In this document: positions 1 to 8,416 of the stretch, in pieces
Layout of the letters: every line of letters starts with the position of its first letter
Position numbering within the stretch: position 1 is the stretch's first letter
Assembly (NCBI GenBank): GCA_028279705.1
Contig: JANQNF010000024.1
Span: forward strand, 48,257 to 112,256
Source: an archaeon
Lineage (GTDB): Archaea; Aenigmatarchaeota; Aenigmatarchaeia; QMZP01; JAFGSV01
Direction: 5' to 3'
Length of the DNA: 64,000 nt
Notes under the pieces: generated by a model
What the model saw: only the letters and a program-made list of their open reading frames with translations
Databases searched by the model: none
Told to the model about the DNA's origin: nothing
Position numbers and translations under genes: made by a program

Positions 1-543
1 ATTAAAGTGGAGAAGGAAAGGCTCTACATGATGGAGGGCGGACACGTTTTCCCCATAGTCAGCGAACTTGTAAGCGACCTTAACTTGAACGACCACGAGA
101 TAGAGAATCTCATAGAAAAGAAAAAGAAGATTTACAGTGAAATGACGAAAAACCTCAAGATGAGGCCGGAAGCAATAGAGCTCATAGAGAAACTGAGGAA
201 GCTAAACTACAGGATAGGACTCGCTACCGGAAGCCACAAGCATGTGGTTGACGTGCACGTTTCCCAAGAAGAGTACGGGCTTTTTGATTACGTTCTTACT
301 CTTGAGCAGACGAAAAAACCCAAACCCGATCCGGAGCCTTACATGAAGTGCGCAAAAGGCCTTGACGTAAAGCCTGAAGAAGTCGTCGTGATCGAGAACG
401 CACCGCTTGGAGTCGAATCGGCAAAGAGTGCCGGCATGATATGCATAGCCCTCACAAGCACGGTCTCAAAAGAGGACCTCGAAAGGGCTGATTTTGTAGT
501 AGAATCACTTAATGATGTTGAAGATATCATCAAAAGCCTGTAA
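1..543 (+). CDS. HAD-superfamily hydrolase (beta-phosphoglucomutase-like), 5'-partial; open from window start
   Basis: Frame open from nt 1. HAD motifs II/III/IV are visible (GLATGS..., KPKPDPEPY, VVVIENAPLGVESAKSAG). Motif I (DxDG) is absent, so the N-terminus lies upstream of the window. Confidence 0.6.
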   Translation: MKVEKERLYMMEGGHVFPIVSELVSDLNLNDHEIENLIEKKKKIYSEMTKNLKMRPEAIELIEKLRKLNYRIGLATGSHKHVVDVHVSQEEYGLFDYVLTLEQTKKPKPDPEPYMKCAKGLDVKPEEVVVIENAPLGVESAKSAGMICIALTSTVSKEDLERADFVVESLNDVEDIIKSL

Positions 544-586
544 ATGTCAAGACTATCGGATCATAGAGACCCGGATATGACAATAA

Positions 587-787
587 TCAAAGTTCATACC
601 CGGCATTCTGTTTACCGTTTTGTGATACCGCTTTCTCGCTTTTTGCAGCGAGGCTCATCTTCGCGTATATGTCCATGTCCGCATCGTTAATGAGTTCAAG
701 CGGATTCGGACGTTCAAGTGGGCCATTCGTCCCGTACATCGACAGCGGCCTTAAGTCTTTATTCACACCCTTTACATTCTCAGTCAT
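587..787 (-). CDS. small hypothetical protein (~66 aa)
   Basis: ORF track 587..817. I prefer the internal ATG at 787 because GGAGGTGA sits 5 nt upstream as a Shine-Dalgarno. No recognisable domain. Confidence 0.35.
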   Translation of the reverse strand: MTENVKGVNKDLRPLSMYGTNGPLERPNPLELINDADMDIYAKMSLAAKSEKAVSQNGKQNAGYEL

Positions 788-1014
788 TTCCTCACCTCCA
801 TCATATTTTGAAGGCACCAGACAGGTCCGGGGAGAAAAAACTCTTTCTCAGGGAAATGAAGAAGAATTGATGCACCCCGGGAAACCTATGACTAATTATT
901 CTAGGATAATTAGCCCGGTAATACCCATGTGATGCATAACATATCATTCGTTGCGCACTTTTAAATACTTTTGCCTCATGCTTGCGCTTCAGCGTTGTTA
1001 TTTGCCGTAGAAGT

Positions 1015-1043
1015 GAAAAAGAAAAATAATCCCGAGAGGGAGA
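1015..1043. repeat. Direct repeat copy A (gaaaaag-aaaaataatcccgagagggaga); second copy at 3174-3203
   Basis: 28/29-nt identity with one indel to 3174-3203, in the same orientation. Confidence 0.85.
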
Positions 1044-1142
1044 TTCAGGCCCCATAGTGCAACTCCCACCCTTTATTTTATCTAATATGTGTATAAATAC
1101 ATATAAATCCATAGGTCCCTATGAATATATAGGTATGTTAGC

Positions 1143-1481
1143 ATGACAAGAGCAGAGCTAAAGCACCCGGAACATAAGAAAACAGGTGCGGATAACGAGT
1201 GGAAGATAGAGTTCAGCTGCAAGGTCACCCACTATCCGAGGCTGGATACTGTCATAATGGTAGCCGAGACAATAAAGAAAATCGGACCCTGCACGAAGAC
1301 AGAGCTTTCAAGGAAGCTGAAGAAACCTGTCATGTGGCCGACACTTACCGTTATACTTGACTATTTCGAGACTATGGGCTTTACGATAAAGGACAAGAGA
1401 AACCAGATAGTCTGGATATACAATCCCAAGCTTGTGAAGAAATACATAGGCAGGGAGGACCTTAAATGGGAGCCGAAATAA
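1143..1481 (+). CDS. putative antitoxin / winged-helix DNA-binding protein
   Basis: 112-aa protein with a wHTH-like core. Its end overlaps the start of the RelE/ParE-like gene by 16 nt. Confidence 0.45.
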   Translation: MTRAELKHPEHKKTGADNEWKIEFSCKVTHYPRLDTVIMVAETIKKIGPCTKTELSRKLKKPVMWPTLTVILDYFETMGFTIKDKRNQIVWIYNPKLVKKYIGREDLKWEPK

Positions 1482-1795
1482 TATTTGTCGACCGAAAGCT
1501 CAAGGATGAATATGAATCGATAGGGAACAGCTCTGAATTTGCATGGCTTCACAAGGCATTGACCAGAGCATTCAGAGATATCATGGACAATCCGTCTTGT
1601 GGAATTCCACTCAAGAAGTATCGCGTTCCTAAGAATCTCAAGTCAGTAGACATTGACAACCTCTGGAAATATGACCTTCCGGGAGGTTGGAGGCTTCTAT
1701 ACTCTCTTGCAAAAGACGAGATACGCATCATGTCGCTGATACTTGAATGGTGCGATCATCATACATACGAGAAGAAATACAGTGGAAAGAAGTAA
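1466..1795 (+). CDS. RelE/ParE-superfamily toxin
   Basis: The C-terminal motif NLWKYDLPGGWRLLYSL..DEIRIMSLILEWCDHHTY matches the RelE/ParE signature (YRxxY ... HRxxxY). Confidence 0.65.
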   Translation: MGAEIIFVDRKLKDEYESIGNSSEFAWLHKALTRAFRDIMDNPSCGIPLKKYRVPKNLKSVDIDNLWKYDLPGGWRLLYSLAKDEIRIMSLILEWCDHHTYEKKYSGKK

Positions 1796-1802
1796 ACTTT
1801 TA

Positions 1803-3218
1803 TCAGAATTCTTCAGTTTTTGAGTCTATCTGGTACTTACCCTTAGACGAGTACTGGGTCGAAACCTGGTATGTTATCCTGCTCTGATATTCACTGGTGC
1901 TATCTTCTTCAGAAAGTCCGCTGAAATCATATTTCTTTCTTGTGGCATCTTCCTTTGCCGTTTCTTGCGGTATCTTAACCTCAATGCTGAAAACTTCCTG
2001 TGCCTCAGGATAAGAGGACGGCTGACCTTCAGTTCTGAACTTCCATACAAGGCTTCCGTCTGTGTCAATGCAGTAAAGATGACAATCAAATGAGCTGAAA
2101 TAAACATTGCTATCCCAGATTACTGGTCCAAGGTACACTTTTTCTTGTGTGTCAAACTTCCACAATTCCTTTCCACTCATATTGAGGCAGTAAAATGTGT
2201 AGTTTTCACCTCCACTTAAGAAGACTCTATTCCCTTGAACTGCAGGCATGCCAAGTAGTTCATTCTTCTTGTATTTCCATATAATTTTGCCGTCCATAGT
2301 CAAGGCGTACAGTACACCATCTCTGGACGAACAGTAAAGAGTATCATCATGAATCACGGGTGACATGTAATTTCCATATATTCCCATTCTAAGTTTCCAT
2401 TTTTCCTTTCCCGTTTCTATATCAATTGCGTAAAGGTTGTTATCAAAGGAACCAAAGTAAACAACATCGTCATGGACAAGTGGGCGGTTAAGTAAATGTA
2501 TCTCGCCCCGAGTTTTGAATTTCCATATGAGGTTTCCTGTTTTAGAATCAAGGCAATAGAAAAAATGGTCGTAAGAACCGATGAAAACTTTTCCATTATG
2601 GACTGAAGGAGTTGCAACTATTTCATCGTATGTTTTGAATTTCCACACAAGATTACCCGAATTTGCGTCAACTGCATAAAACATATTATCCTTTCCGCCA
2701 ACGTATACGATGCCATCAGCGATCGCAGGTGTCGCACAAATCTTATCACTCGTCTTGAACTTCCATAAGAGTTCCCCGGTTTCTGTATTGATTGCATAAA
2801 GATTGTGGTCGTACGAACCTATGTAAAGAACTCCGTCGCTTATTGCAGGAGAGGATAGATGGATAACATCACTTGTTCTGAATCTCCATATTTCTTTCCC
2901 ACTTTTTGCATCAACCGCATATATATTGTGGTTAGCGCAACCGAAGTAAACAATTCCTTTATGTATAACTGGTATCTGCATTATGCTTCCACCGGTTTCA
3001 ACGCCCCACTGCCTGTCGAACTTCTTAGACTTCTTTACAGATAGGTCTGCCATTTCTATAGAAAAATCCTGGAATGCAGCATCACTTTCTTCCATATAGT
3101 CTATGGATGACGATAAGATTAAAAAGGTCCATATTTCGTTTATTTTGTACTCATAATCGGTATCAATCGAATCTAAAAAGTAAAAATAATCCCGAGAGGG
3201 AGAGTTCCACTCTTCCAC
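1803..3218 (-). CDS. PQQ-like beta-propeller repeat protein (start uncertain, probably internal Met near 3092)
   Basis: About eight repeats of the (Y/F)AxDxxxGxxxWKF(K/R)T motif typical of PQQ/WD-like propellers. The annotated 5' end overlaps the direct repeat and tRNA-Tyr, so the true start is likely downstream. Confidence 0.6.
   Translation of the reverse strand: MEEWNSPSRDYFYFLDSIDTDYEYKINEIWTFLILSSSIDYMEESDAAFQDFSIEMADLSVKKSKKFDRQWGVETGGSIMQIPVIHKGIVYFGCANHNIYAVDAKSGKEIWRFRTSDVIHLSSPAISDGVLYIGSYDHNLYAINTETGELLWKFKTSDKICATPAIADGIVYVGGKDNMFYAVDANSGNLVWKFKTYDEIVATPSVHNGKVFIGSYDHFFYCLDSKTGNLIWKFKTRGEIHLLNRPLVHDDVVYFGSFDNNLYAIDIETGKEKWKLRMGIYGNYMSPVIHDDTLYCSSRDGVLYALTMDGKIIWKYKKNELLGMPAVQGNRVFLSGGENYTFYCLNMSGKELWKFDTQEKVYLGPVIWDSNVYFSSFDCHLYCIDTDGSLVWKFRTEGQPSSYPEAQEVFSIEVKIPQETAKEDATRKKYDFSGLSEEDSTSEYQSRITYQVSTQYSSKGKYQIDSKTEEF
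3174..3203. repeat. Direct repeat copy B; overlaps the 3' end of tRNA-Tyr (T-stem 3' strand + acceptor 3' strand + 13-nt flank)
   Basis: See copy A. The reverse complement tctccctctcgggattattttt contains the tRNA 3' end. Confidence 0.85.
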
Positions 3219-3361
3219 GGGATTGTGGAATCGTTTTGAACTCCCGACCTATCGGTCTCTTTCGAGCGACTGCGTCCAACAAACACACTCATAAGACCGT
3301 GCATATATCACGGTGTGCCCGTCTACAGCCGATCGCTCTAGCCAGTCTGAGCTACCTCGGG
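3190..3361 (-). tRNA. tRNA-Tyr (anticodon GUA) with a 66-nt anticodon-loop intron and a second ~31-nt insertion at the T-loop/T-stem junction
   Basis: The minus strand reads CCCGAGG-TA-GCTC-AGACTGGCTA-GAGC-G-ATCGG-CTGTAG[66 nt]A-CCGAT-AGGTC-GGGAG-TTCAAAA[31 nt]CTCCC-TCTCGGG-A. All stems pair and there is a C1:G72 pair, which is a Tyr identity element in archaea. The mature length is 75 nt. Confidence 0.6.
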
Positions 3362-3385
3362 ATTGTAATAGAATATGACATGAAA

Positions 3386-3397
3386 GCCTTAAAAAAG
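3386..3397 (-). promoter_or_regulatory. TATA/BRE-like element about 25-35 nt upstream of tRNA-Tyr
   Basis: The minus strand reads CTTTTTTAAGG just upstream of the tRNA 5' end. Confidence 0.3.
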
Positions 3398-3401
3398 GTA
3401 A

Positions 3402-4745
3402 TCATGCTGCAATGTTGAGTTCCTTTGTCTGCACTTTGGATTTGCCGCCCTTGCCCGTTGAGTACCTCATGAAGGCTTTTGGTACTTTAAGGCTGCCCTT
3501 GACCACTGGATTCATCTTGTAGTGTATTATCCTGTGGTCCCCTGGCTCTATTGCGGGAAGCGACCATACGAGTTCGGTCATTTCCTTGTGATGCTTCACT
3601 GCAGGCTTCACTGTCTCGAAATCATCTTTCAGGTTGAAAAGCGGTGAGACCTCGTCCTTTACGATGACATCTGTTATCTTCTTTCCGGCGTTCTTTATCT
3701 CAAGCACGGTCATGTAGCTTCCGTCTTCTCCCATTTCGACCTTTTTCCTGAGAGCAGGAGTATTGATCTTGGTCCTCCCGAAGAACACGAAGACTCCGAG
3801 AAGCACGGCGATTAAAAGGCCTTCAGCTATGAGCGGCCAGTACTGTACCCGGTAGACGATTTGCATTGCTTCTTCAGGGTTGAGTTTTGACACAGTCCAT
3901 TCGCATACACTCTCATCGCAACTTTCTGGTTCCTGTGAAAACGTGACGAAACCGGTCGGCACGTTCGCACTTACCGTGTAGTCCTCCTCTATCACGTTGC
4001 CCTCGTTTGACACGCTTATCACGAATTCCTGGAACAACGGGTTTGTGCTCTCTTCTTCTGTCTTTACCATCCTGTGGACAGGCTCTATCATGAACGATTT
4101 TTCCAAAGATATGTCGGTGCCCTTCACTTCAGCCTTGGCGGTGTATGTGTCTGCGAAAGGTGCAGCACTCAGTGGTATTTCATGTGTCAGGTTGGTCCTG
4201 CCTTCGATGAATAATGTCTTTGTGTAAGTGTACATGGTCTTTTTGGAACTACTCACAAGCGAGAATTCCGCGGTCACCTCTTCCTCAGTGCCTGAATCCA
4301 GCTCAAGCAGCATGTCCACGCTGTCTGCGCTCTTTTTTATTTCACCGTCAAGTTCGCTTACTTCTCCCTCGCCAAGAACAACCAGTTCCACCTTCTCGCT
4401 TAATACCAGCTCGGGTTTGTCATGGGACTGGACCTTTATCTCGTACTCATAAGTTCCCGGTACATCGTTTGGGTAAAACTCGATTTTTACCGTGACCGGG
4501 TCTTCTACCGGGAGGTCTATGTAGGAAGTTCCCATGTTGATCCAGTGACTCGGGGATCCTGTCACAAACAGGTACAGTCCGCCCACTGACTCAGGACTGT
4601 ATGCTGTCACAGTGAATTTTGTCATCTCTCCTGGGTTGACCCTGAGAACTTTTGGGACGACTTCCAGGCTCATGTCCGTCTGGGCAGAAACTAAACCGAT
4701 GCTTACGATGAATGCAATGAGCGTGAATGCCAGTATCTTTTCCAT
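3402..4745 (-). CDS. secreted, membrane-anchored cell-surface protein (hypothetical)
   Basis: N-terminal signal peptide MEKILAFTLIAFIVSIGLVSAQT and a C-proximal TM helix LIAEGLLIAVLLGVFVFF followed by a basic cytoplasmic tail. Confidence 0.55.
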   Translation of the reverse strand: MEKILAFTLIAFIVSIGLVSAQTDMSLEVVPKVLRVNPGEMTKFTVTAYSPESVGGLYLFVTGSPSHWINMGTSYIDLPVEDPVTVKIEFYPNDVPGTYEYEIKVQSHDKPELVLSEKVELVVLGEGEVSELDGEIKKSADSVDMLLELDSGTEEEVTAEFSLVSSSKKTMYTYTKTLFIEGRTNLTHEIPLSAAPFADTYTAKAEVKGTDISLEKSFMIEPVHRMVKTEEESTNPLFQEFVISVSNEGNVIEEDYTVSANVPTGFVTFSQEPESCDESVCEWTVSKLNPEEAMQIVYRVQYWPLIAEGLLIAVLLGVFVFFGRTKINTPALRKKVEMGEDGSYMTVLEIKNAGKKITDVIVKDEVSPLFNLKDDFETVKPAVKHHKEMTELVWSLPAIEPGDHRIIHYKMNPVVKGSLKVPKAFMRYSTGKGGKSKVQTKELNIAA

Positions 4746-4854
4746 GTAAAAGACCTCTTGGTGCTTTCCTTATTGACTCTAAAATTTATAAATATGAACG
4801 TGGCAGAGCTCTAATTTATATTTAACCCGGCAATATACAGATTACCACGCAATC

Positions 4855-4929
4855 GGGACCGTGGTGTAGCTTGGCCTAGCATCGGGGCTTCGGGAGTCCC
4901 AGACCTGAGTTCAAATCTCAGCGGTCCCA
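4855..4929 (+). tRNA. tRNA-Pro (CGG)
   Basis: 75-nt cloverleaf GGGACCG..TTCAAAT..CGGTCCCA with anticodon loop TTCGGGA. Confidence 0.8.
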
Positions 4930-4963
4930 TCGAATGACCCCCAAAACAATTATACGGTAAAAT

Positions 4964-5038
4964 GGGGCCGTAGTGTAGTTTGGCCTATCACTCGAGGCTG
5001 GGGGCCTCGTAACCGGAGTTCAAATCTCCGCGGCCCCA
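4964..5038 (+). tRNA. tRNA-Pro (GGG)
   Basis: 75-nt cloverleaf GGGGCCG..TTCAAAT..CGGCCCCA with anticodon loop CTGGGGG. Confidence 0.8.
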
Positions 5039-5050
5039 TCCTTTTTTTAT
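5039..5050 (+). terminator. oligo-T archaeal terminator after the tRNA-Pro pair
   Basis: A T7 run lies immediately 3' of the tRNA. Confidence 0.4.
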
Positions 5051-5072
5051 ACACGATTGAGCAAATGGAAGT

Positions 5073-5236
5073 ATGGGAAAAAATAAGGCAGACGAGGCAG
5101 GAGGCCTGGTCTTTGTTGGCGGGTTCTTCATCGGTTTTGCCGTCGGTGTACTAATGGGAAGGTATGACGTTGCTGCATTCCTTGCGCTTGGGATAGGATT
5201 CTTAGGTATGGCCGCTGTTCGTCTGAAGTCCAAGTG
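5073..5236 (+). CDS. small hydrophobic protein (54 aa), not in the ORF track
   Basis: ATG..TGA ORF MGKNKADEAGGLVFVGGFFIGFAVGVLMGRYDVAAFLALGIGFLGMAAVRLKSK with two predicted TM segments. Confidence 0.3.
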
Positions 5237-5289
5237 AATGAAAATCCTGCGTCGCTAGGATTTTTATTTAGGCCCTGACAACTATTACT

Positions 5290-6141
5290 ATGCTAGGATG
5301 GCTGCTTCTTGCAATAGGAGTCGTGGGTTTCAGCTGCGCCGGCTGGAAGGACTTAAAGACTACGGAATTTGAGGACTGGCTCCCCTACTCCATCATAATA
5401 GCCGCGCTCGCCGTTAGGGGAGTGTTTTCGCTTGTTTTAGGAGATTTTGCTATAATAACAGATTCCATCCTTTACGGACTCATCTTCCTTGGATTCGGCT
5501 ATCTCCTATACATGCTCAGGCAGTGGGGAGACGGCGACGCCTGGCTCATGGGGGCAATGGGATTTCTTTTTCCAAACGCGACGGGATTTGCGCCATTTTT
5601 CGCAAGCAGCATGCCATTTCCTTTGCTTGTGATATTCAACTTCTTCATGGTCGCGCTTGTGTACATGATAGTCTATTCATTCATACTTGGCATAAGGAAA
5701 CCAAAAGTGGTAGCGACTTTCAGAAAGAACCTGCAGATACGGAAGAAAGCGATTGTATATGTTTTTGCCCTTCTGCTTTCTGTGACAATATTTACTAGCT
5801 TGTACTTGTCGTCAGTTTATCCTGTAACAATCTCTGCGTTCACCGGTCTCTTCACACTACCTTTTGTAGCCGCGGGTATATTGGTTTTCCTTCAGTATGC
5901 GAGAGCCATTGAGAATGACCTTTTCAAGCGAAAGATAAAGATGAGGGATCTAAGAGTAGGTGACGTCCTCATGACGGATAGAGTAAGAGGACTCACCGAA
6001 GAGGAAGTGAACAAGCTGAAGAAGAAGGGCGGCAGCGTGTGGATAAAGGAAGGCGTCAGGTTCGCACCTGTCTTTGTCATAAATCTCTTGGTCACACTTT
6101 TCATCGGGAACCTGATGGCACTTTTCATACCGCTGATATAG
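5290..6141 (+). CDS. A24-family prepilin/preflagellin peptidase (PibD/FlaK-like)
   Basis: Polytopic membrane protein. The GDGDAWLMGAMG motif resembles the catalytic GGGDVKLL box, and there is an upstream Asp in TM1 (LGDFAIITD). Confidence 0.55.
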   Translation: MLGWLLLAIGVVGFSCAGWKDLKTTEFEDWLPYSIIIAALAVRGVFSLVLGDFAIITDSILYGLIFLGFGYLLYMLRQWGDGDAWLMGAMGFLFPNATGFAPFFASSMPFPLLVIFNFFMVALVYMIVYSFILGIRKPKVVATFRKNLQIRKKAIVYVFALLLSVTIFTSLYLSSVYPVTISAFTGLFTLPFVAAGILVFLQYARAIENDLFKRKIKMRDLRVGDVLMTDRVRGLTEEEVNKLKKKGGSVWIKEGVRFAPVFVINLLVTLFIGNLMALFIPLI

Positions 6142-6238
6142 AATCCTGATATCTACCCATTAGTCATTGATGAAAAACGAAGAAAACAAACGATATAAAA
6201 ACAAATAAAAAAATTGCCGATGTGGCGGTAAACGCGAT

Positions 6239-6523
6239 TTATGCGCTCTTTACCCTGTCTACACCGGACTTCTTTACTACAGGCTTTTTCACCTTGGCTG
6301 GAAGCCATGATGGCCTGTTTGCAGGCGCGTCAATGACCTTGACTGAACCCTTGAACTTGTGGATTGTGAAGGTCCCGTCCTTGTTTCGCCTGCCCCTCTC
6401 CCTGAGCTTGATGTCACCGAAGCCCCTGGCTGCGGCTTTCAATGCTGCCTGTCGAGGAGATTTTCCGGTAAATACGTGCTTTGTTCCACCAACTTTCATT
6501 TCGTAGTATTTTTTTGCTGCCAT
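6239..6523 (-). CDS. chromosomal protein MC1 family
   Basis: VFTGKSPRQAALKAAARG...LRERG...HKFKG..KVIDAPANRPSWLPAKVKKPVVKK aligns by eye with Methanosarcina MC1. I chose the internal ATG because AGGAGGT lies 7 nt upstream. Confidence 0.7.
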   Translation of the reverse strand: MAAKKYYEMKVGGTKHVFTGKSPRQAALKAAARGFGDIKLRERGRRNKDGTFTIHKFKGSVKVIDAPANRPSWLPAKVKKPVVKKSGVDRVKSA

Positions 6524-6640
6524 AATTTTACCTCCTGATAGAATTTTCAATGAAATTATGGTTTCCTGACTTATAAATGTTTACGCTAGGTGCTTATTTC
6601 GGATTGAAAAGTAACAAAAAACGGGTGCATGGGCGACATT

Positions 6641-7546
6641 TTATCTTAAAACCGTCATCGTGCGAAGCTTCTTATACCAGTAAACCATTTGCTTTACTTC
6701 TTCCTCGAAATTACCAACCGGCTCGTATCCAAGTTCCCTTTCAGCCTTTCGTATTACGTAATGCCTGTTTATTGTGAGCACGTCAAGATAGTTCTTCATA
6801 CCTGCAGTCCTGGCCATGATACCGACCATGAAAGACGGCAGCTTCCTTGGGTTCTTTCCAAGCGCCCTCATTAAAATCTCTGCAAAAGTGACGAAAGGCA
6901 CGGGGTCCTTTTCGGCTATGTTGTACACACCGCTTCCCTTCTCGACTGCCTTGACAAAGGCCTGGACAGCGCTTGATATGTGGGTTACGTGTGTGAGTTT
7001 TCTGGTCCTTGGTATGGGAAACCCCCTTTCCATTAGGCTTAAGTTCTTCATCCAGTTAGGGCTTCCCTTGCCGTAAATTGGTGCTATCCTCAGTATGGTA
7101 TAAGGTATGCCGGAGTCAATGATGTACTTTTCTGCCATACGCTTGGATTCTCCATACGGTGTCTTTGGCGTCAGCGGATATCCTTCATCAGCTTCCCCCT
7201 TTATTTCACCATAGACCGAAACGCTTGAAGCGAATATGAACTTCTTTGCGGACTTGCAGTGGTCGAGAAGATTCCTCGTACCGATCGCGTTTATCCTGAA
7301 CAGCTCTTCCCTTGGCATGGTGTAAGAAACCAGTCCCGCCAGGTGGATGACAGTGTCAACGTTTCTGAGCGGGCTTATCAGAGTCTGGGGCTTTGTGATG
7401 TCTCCTATTGCTATTTCGGCTTTTTTTGGCACCTTCTCTGCTTCTTTCCTGTTCATGCAGAGTGCTCTTACCTTATGACCCTTTTCAAGCAGGCTCTGAA
7501 CGACATTCCTTCCAACAAAACCGGATGCACCAGTGACGAGAAGCAT
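6641..7546 (-). CDS. NAD-dependent epimerase/dehydratase (SDR family)
   Basis: N-terminal TGASGFVGRNVV Rossmann motif, YGESK catalytic region, about 300 aa. Confidence 0.75.
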   Translation of the reverse strand: MLLVTGASGFVGRNVVQSLLEKGHKVRALCMNRKEAEKVPKKAEIAIGDITKPQTLISPLRNVDTVIHLAGLVSYTMPREELFRINAIGTRNLLDHCKSAKKFIFASSVSVYGEIKGEADEGYPLTPKTPYGESKRMAEKYIIDSGIPYTILRIAPIYGKGSPNWMKNLSLMERGFPIPRTRKLTHVTHISSAVQAFVKAVEKGSGVYNIAEKDPVPFVTFAEILMRALGKNPRKLPSFMVGIMARTAGMKNYLDVLTINRHYVIRKAERELGYEPVGNFEEEVKQMVYWYKKLRTMTVLR

Positions 7547-7597
7547 ATGTTATTATTCCCGGCGGTACATTTAAAAACCTGCTGCCAATCTATAACA

Positions 7598-8416
7598 ATG
7601 GACCGTAAGGTGGGGCGTTACGTCCGCAAGATAATGCCGGCCAAATCTAAAAAGATACGGACGGGTAAAGTCGAGAAGTACATAAATTCCATAACTTCTT
7701 CAGGCAAGGGCGTCTTCATGGGACTCATAGATCCCGAGAAGCATACTCCTGCGAAGGGTGCCAAGCTTGCCAAGATGATGTACGAAGGCGGCGCTGACAT
7801 CATAATGCTCGGGGGCTCCATCGGTGCCCAGGGGCACGCGCTTGACGACATGGCAAGGCGGATCAAGGAAAGTGTTTCGATCCCTCTTCACATCTTCCCA
7901 GGAAACATAGGCAACATAACAAAGCATGCCGATTCCACTTACTTCATGAGCCTTCTCAATTCCAAGAACCCGTACTGGATATCCGGTGCCCAGGCACTTG
8001 GTGCTCCCATGGTGAAGAAATACAGGATAGAGGCCATACCGACAGCGTATCTAGTTTTTGAGCCGGGACAGACAGTTGGCTACGTCGGCGAGGCGAAGCT
8101 TCTTCCAAGGGAAAAGGCTGACGTTCCCGTTGCCTACGCCATGGCTGCTCAGTACATGGGCATGCGTTTTGCCATACTTGAGTCTGGTTCAGGTGCACCT
8201 GAACCTGTGCCACTTGAAATAGTCGGGGCAATAAGGAAAACTACCGATCTCAACATAGTCATAGCAGGCGGTGTGAAGACGCCTGACCACGCGAGGGCGC
8301 TCATAAAGGCGGGGGCAAACTGCATTCACATAGGAACGAAGATAGAAGACGAGAAGAACCCGCTTGAGCAGGCAAAGAAGTTTGCAAGAGCCATACACAT
8401 GAAGAACGGAAAATGA
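7598..8416 (+). CDS. geranylgeranylglyceryl phosphate synthase (GGGPS/PcrB family)
   Basis: TIM-barrel signatures (GGADIIMLGGS, FPGN, IVIAGGVKTPDHARALIKAGANCIHIGT). The ORF-track start at 7259 overlaps the convergent epimerase gene, so I chose the ATG at 7598. Confidence 0.7.
   Translation: MDRKVGRYVRKIMPAKSKKIRTGKVEKYINSITSSGKGVFMGLIDPEKHTPAKGAKLAKMMYEGGADIIMLGGSIGAQGHALDDMARRIKESVSIPLHIFPGNIGNITKHADSTYFMSLLNSKNPYWISGAQALGAPMVKKYRIEAIPTAYLVFEPGQTVGYVGEAKLLPREKADVPVAYAMAAQYMGMRFAILESGSGAPEPVPLEIVGAIRKTTDLNIVIAGGVKTPDHARALIKAGANCIHIGTKIEDEKNPLEQAKKFARAIHMKNGK

Noticed and set aside
1015-3203. Interpretation of the 29-nt repeats as rho-independent-like terminator hairpins
   Set aside because: The tccc-gaga-ggga element can form only a 4-bp stem, and one copy is demonstrably part of a tRNA gene. 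A 29-nt identity including non-palindromic flank is better explained by att-site duplication.
3074-3418. 114-aa plus-strand ORF, and 81-aa minus ORF 4988-5233
   Set aside because: They coincide with tRNA-Tyr and the tRNA-Pro pair respectively. The tRNA folds are far better supported.
7259-7597. 113-aa N-terminal extension of the GGGPS ORF
   Set aside because: The extension overlaps the divergently oriented epimerase gene and has no GGGPS homology. The ATG at 7598 gives a protein of canonical length.
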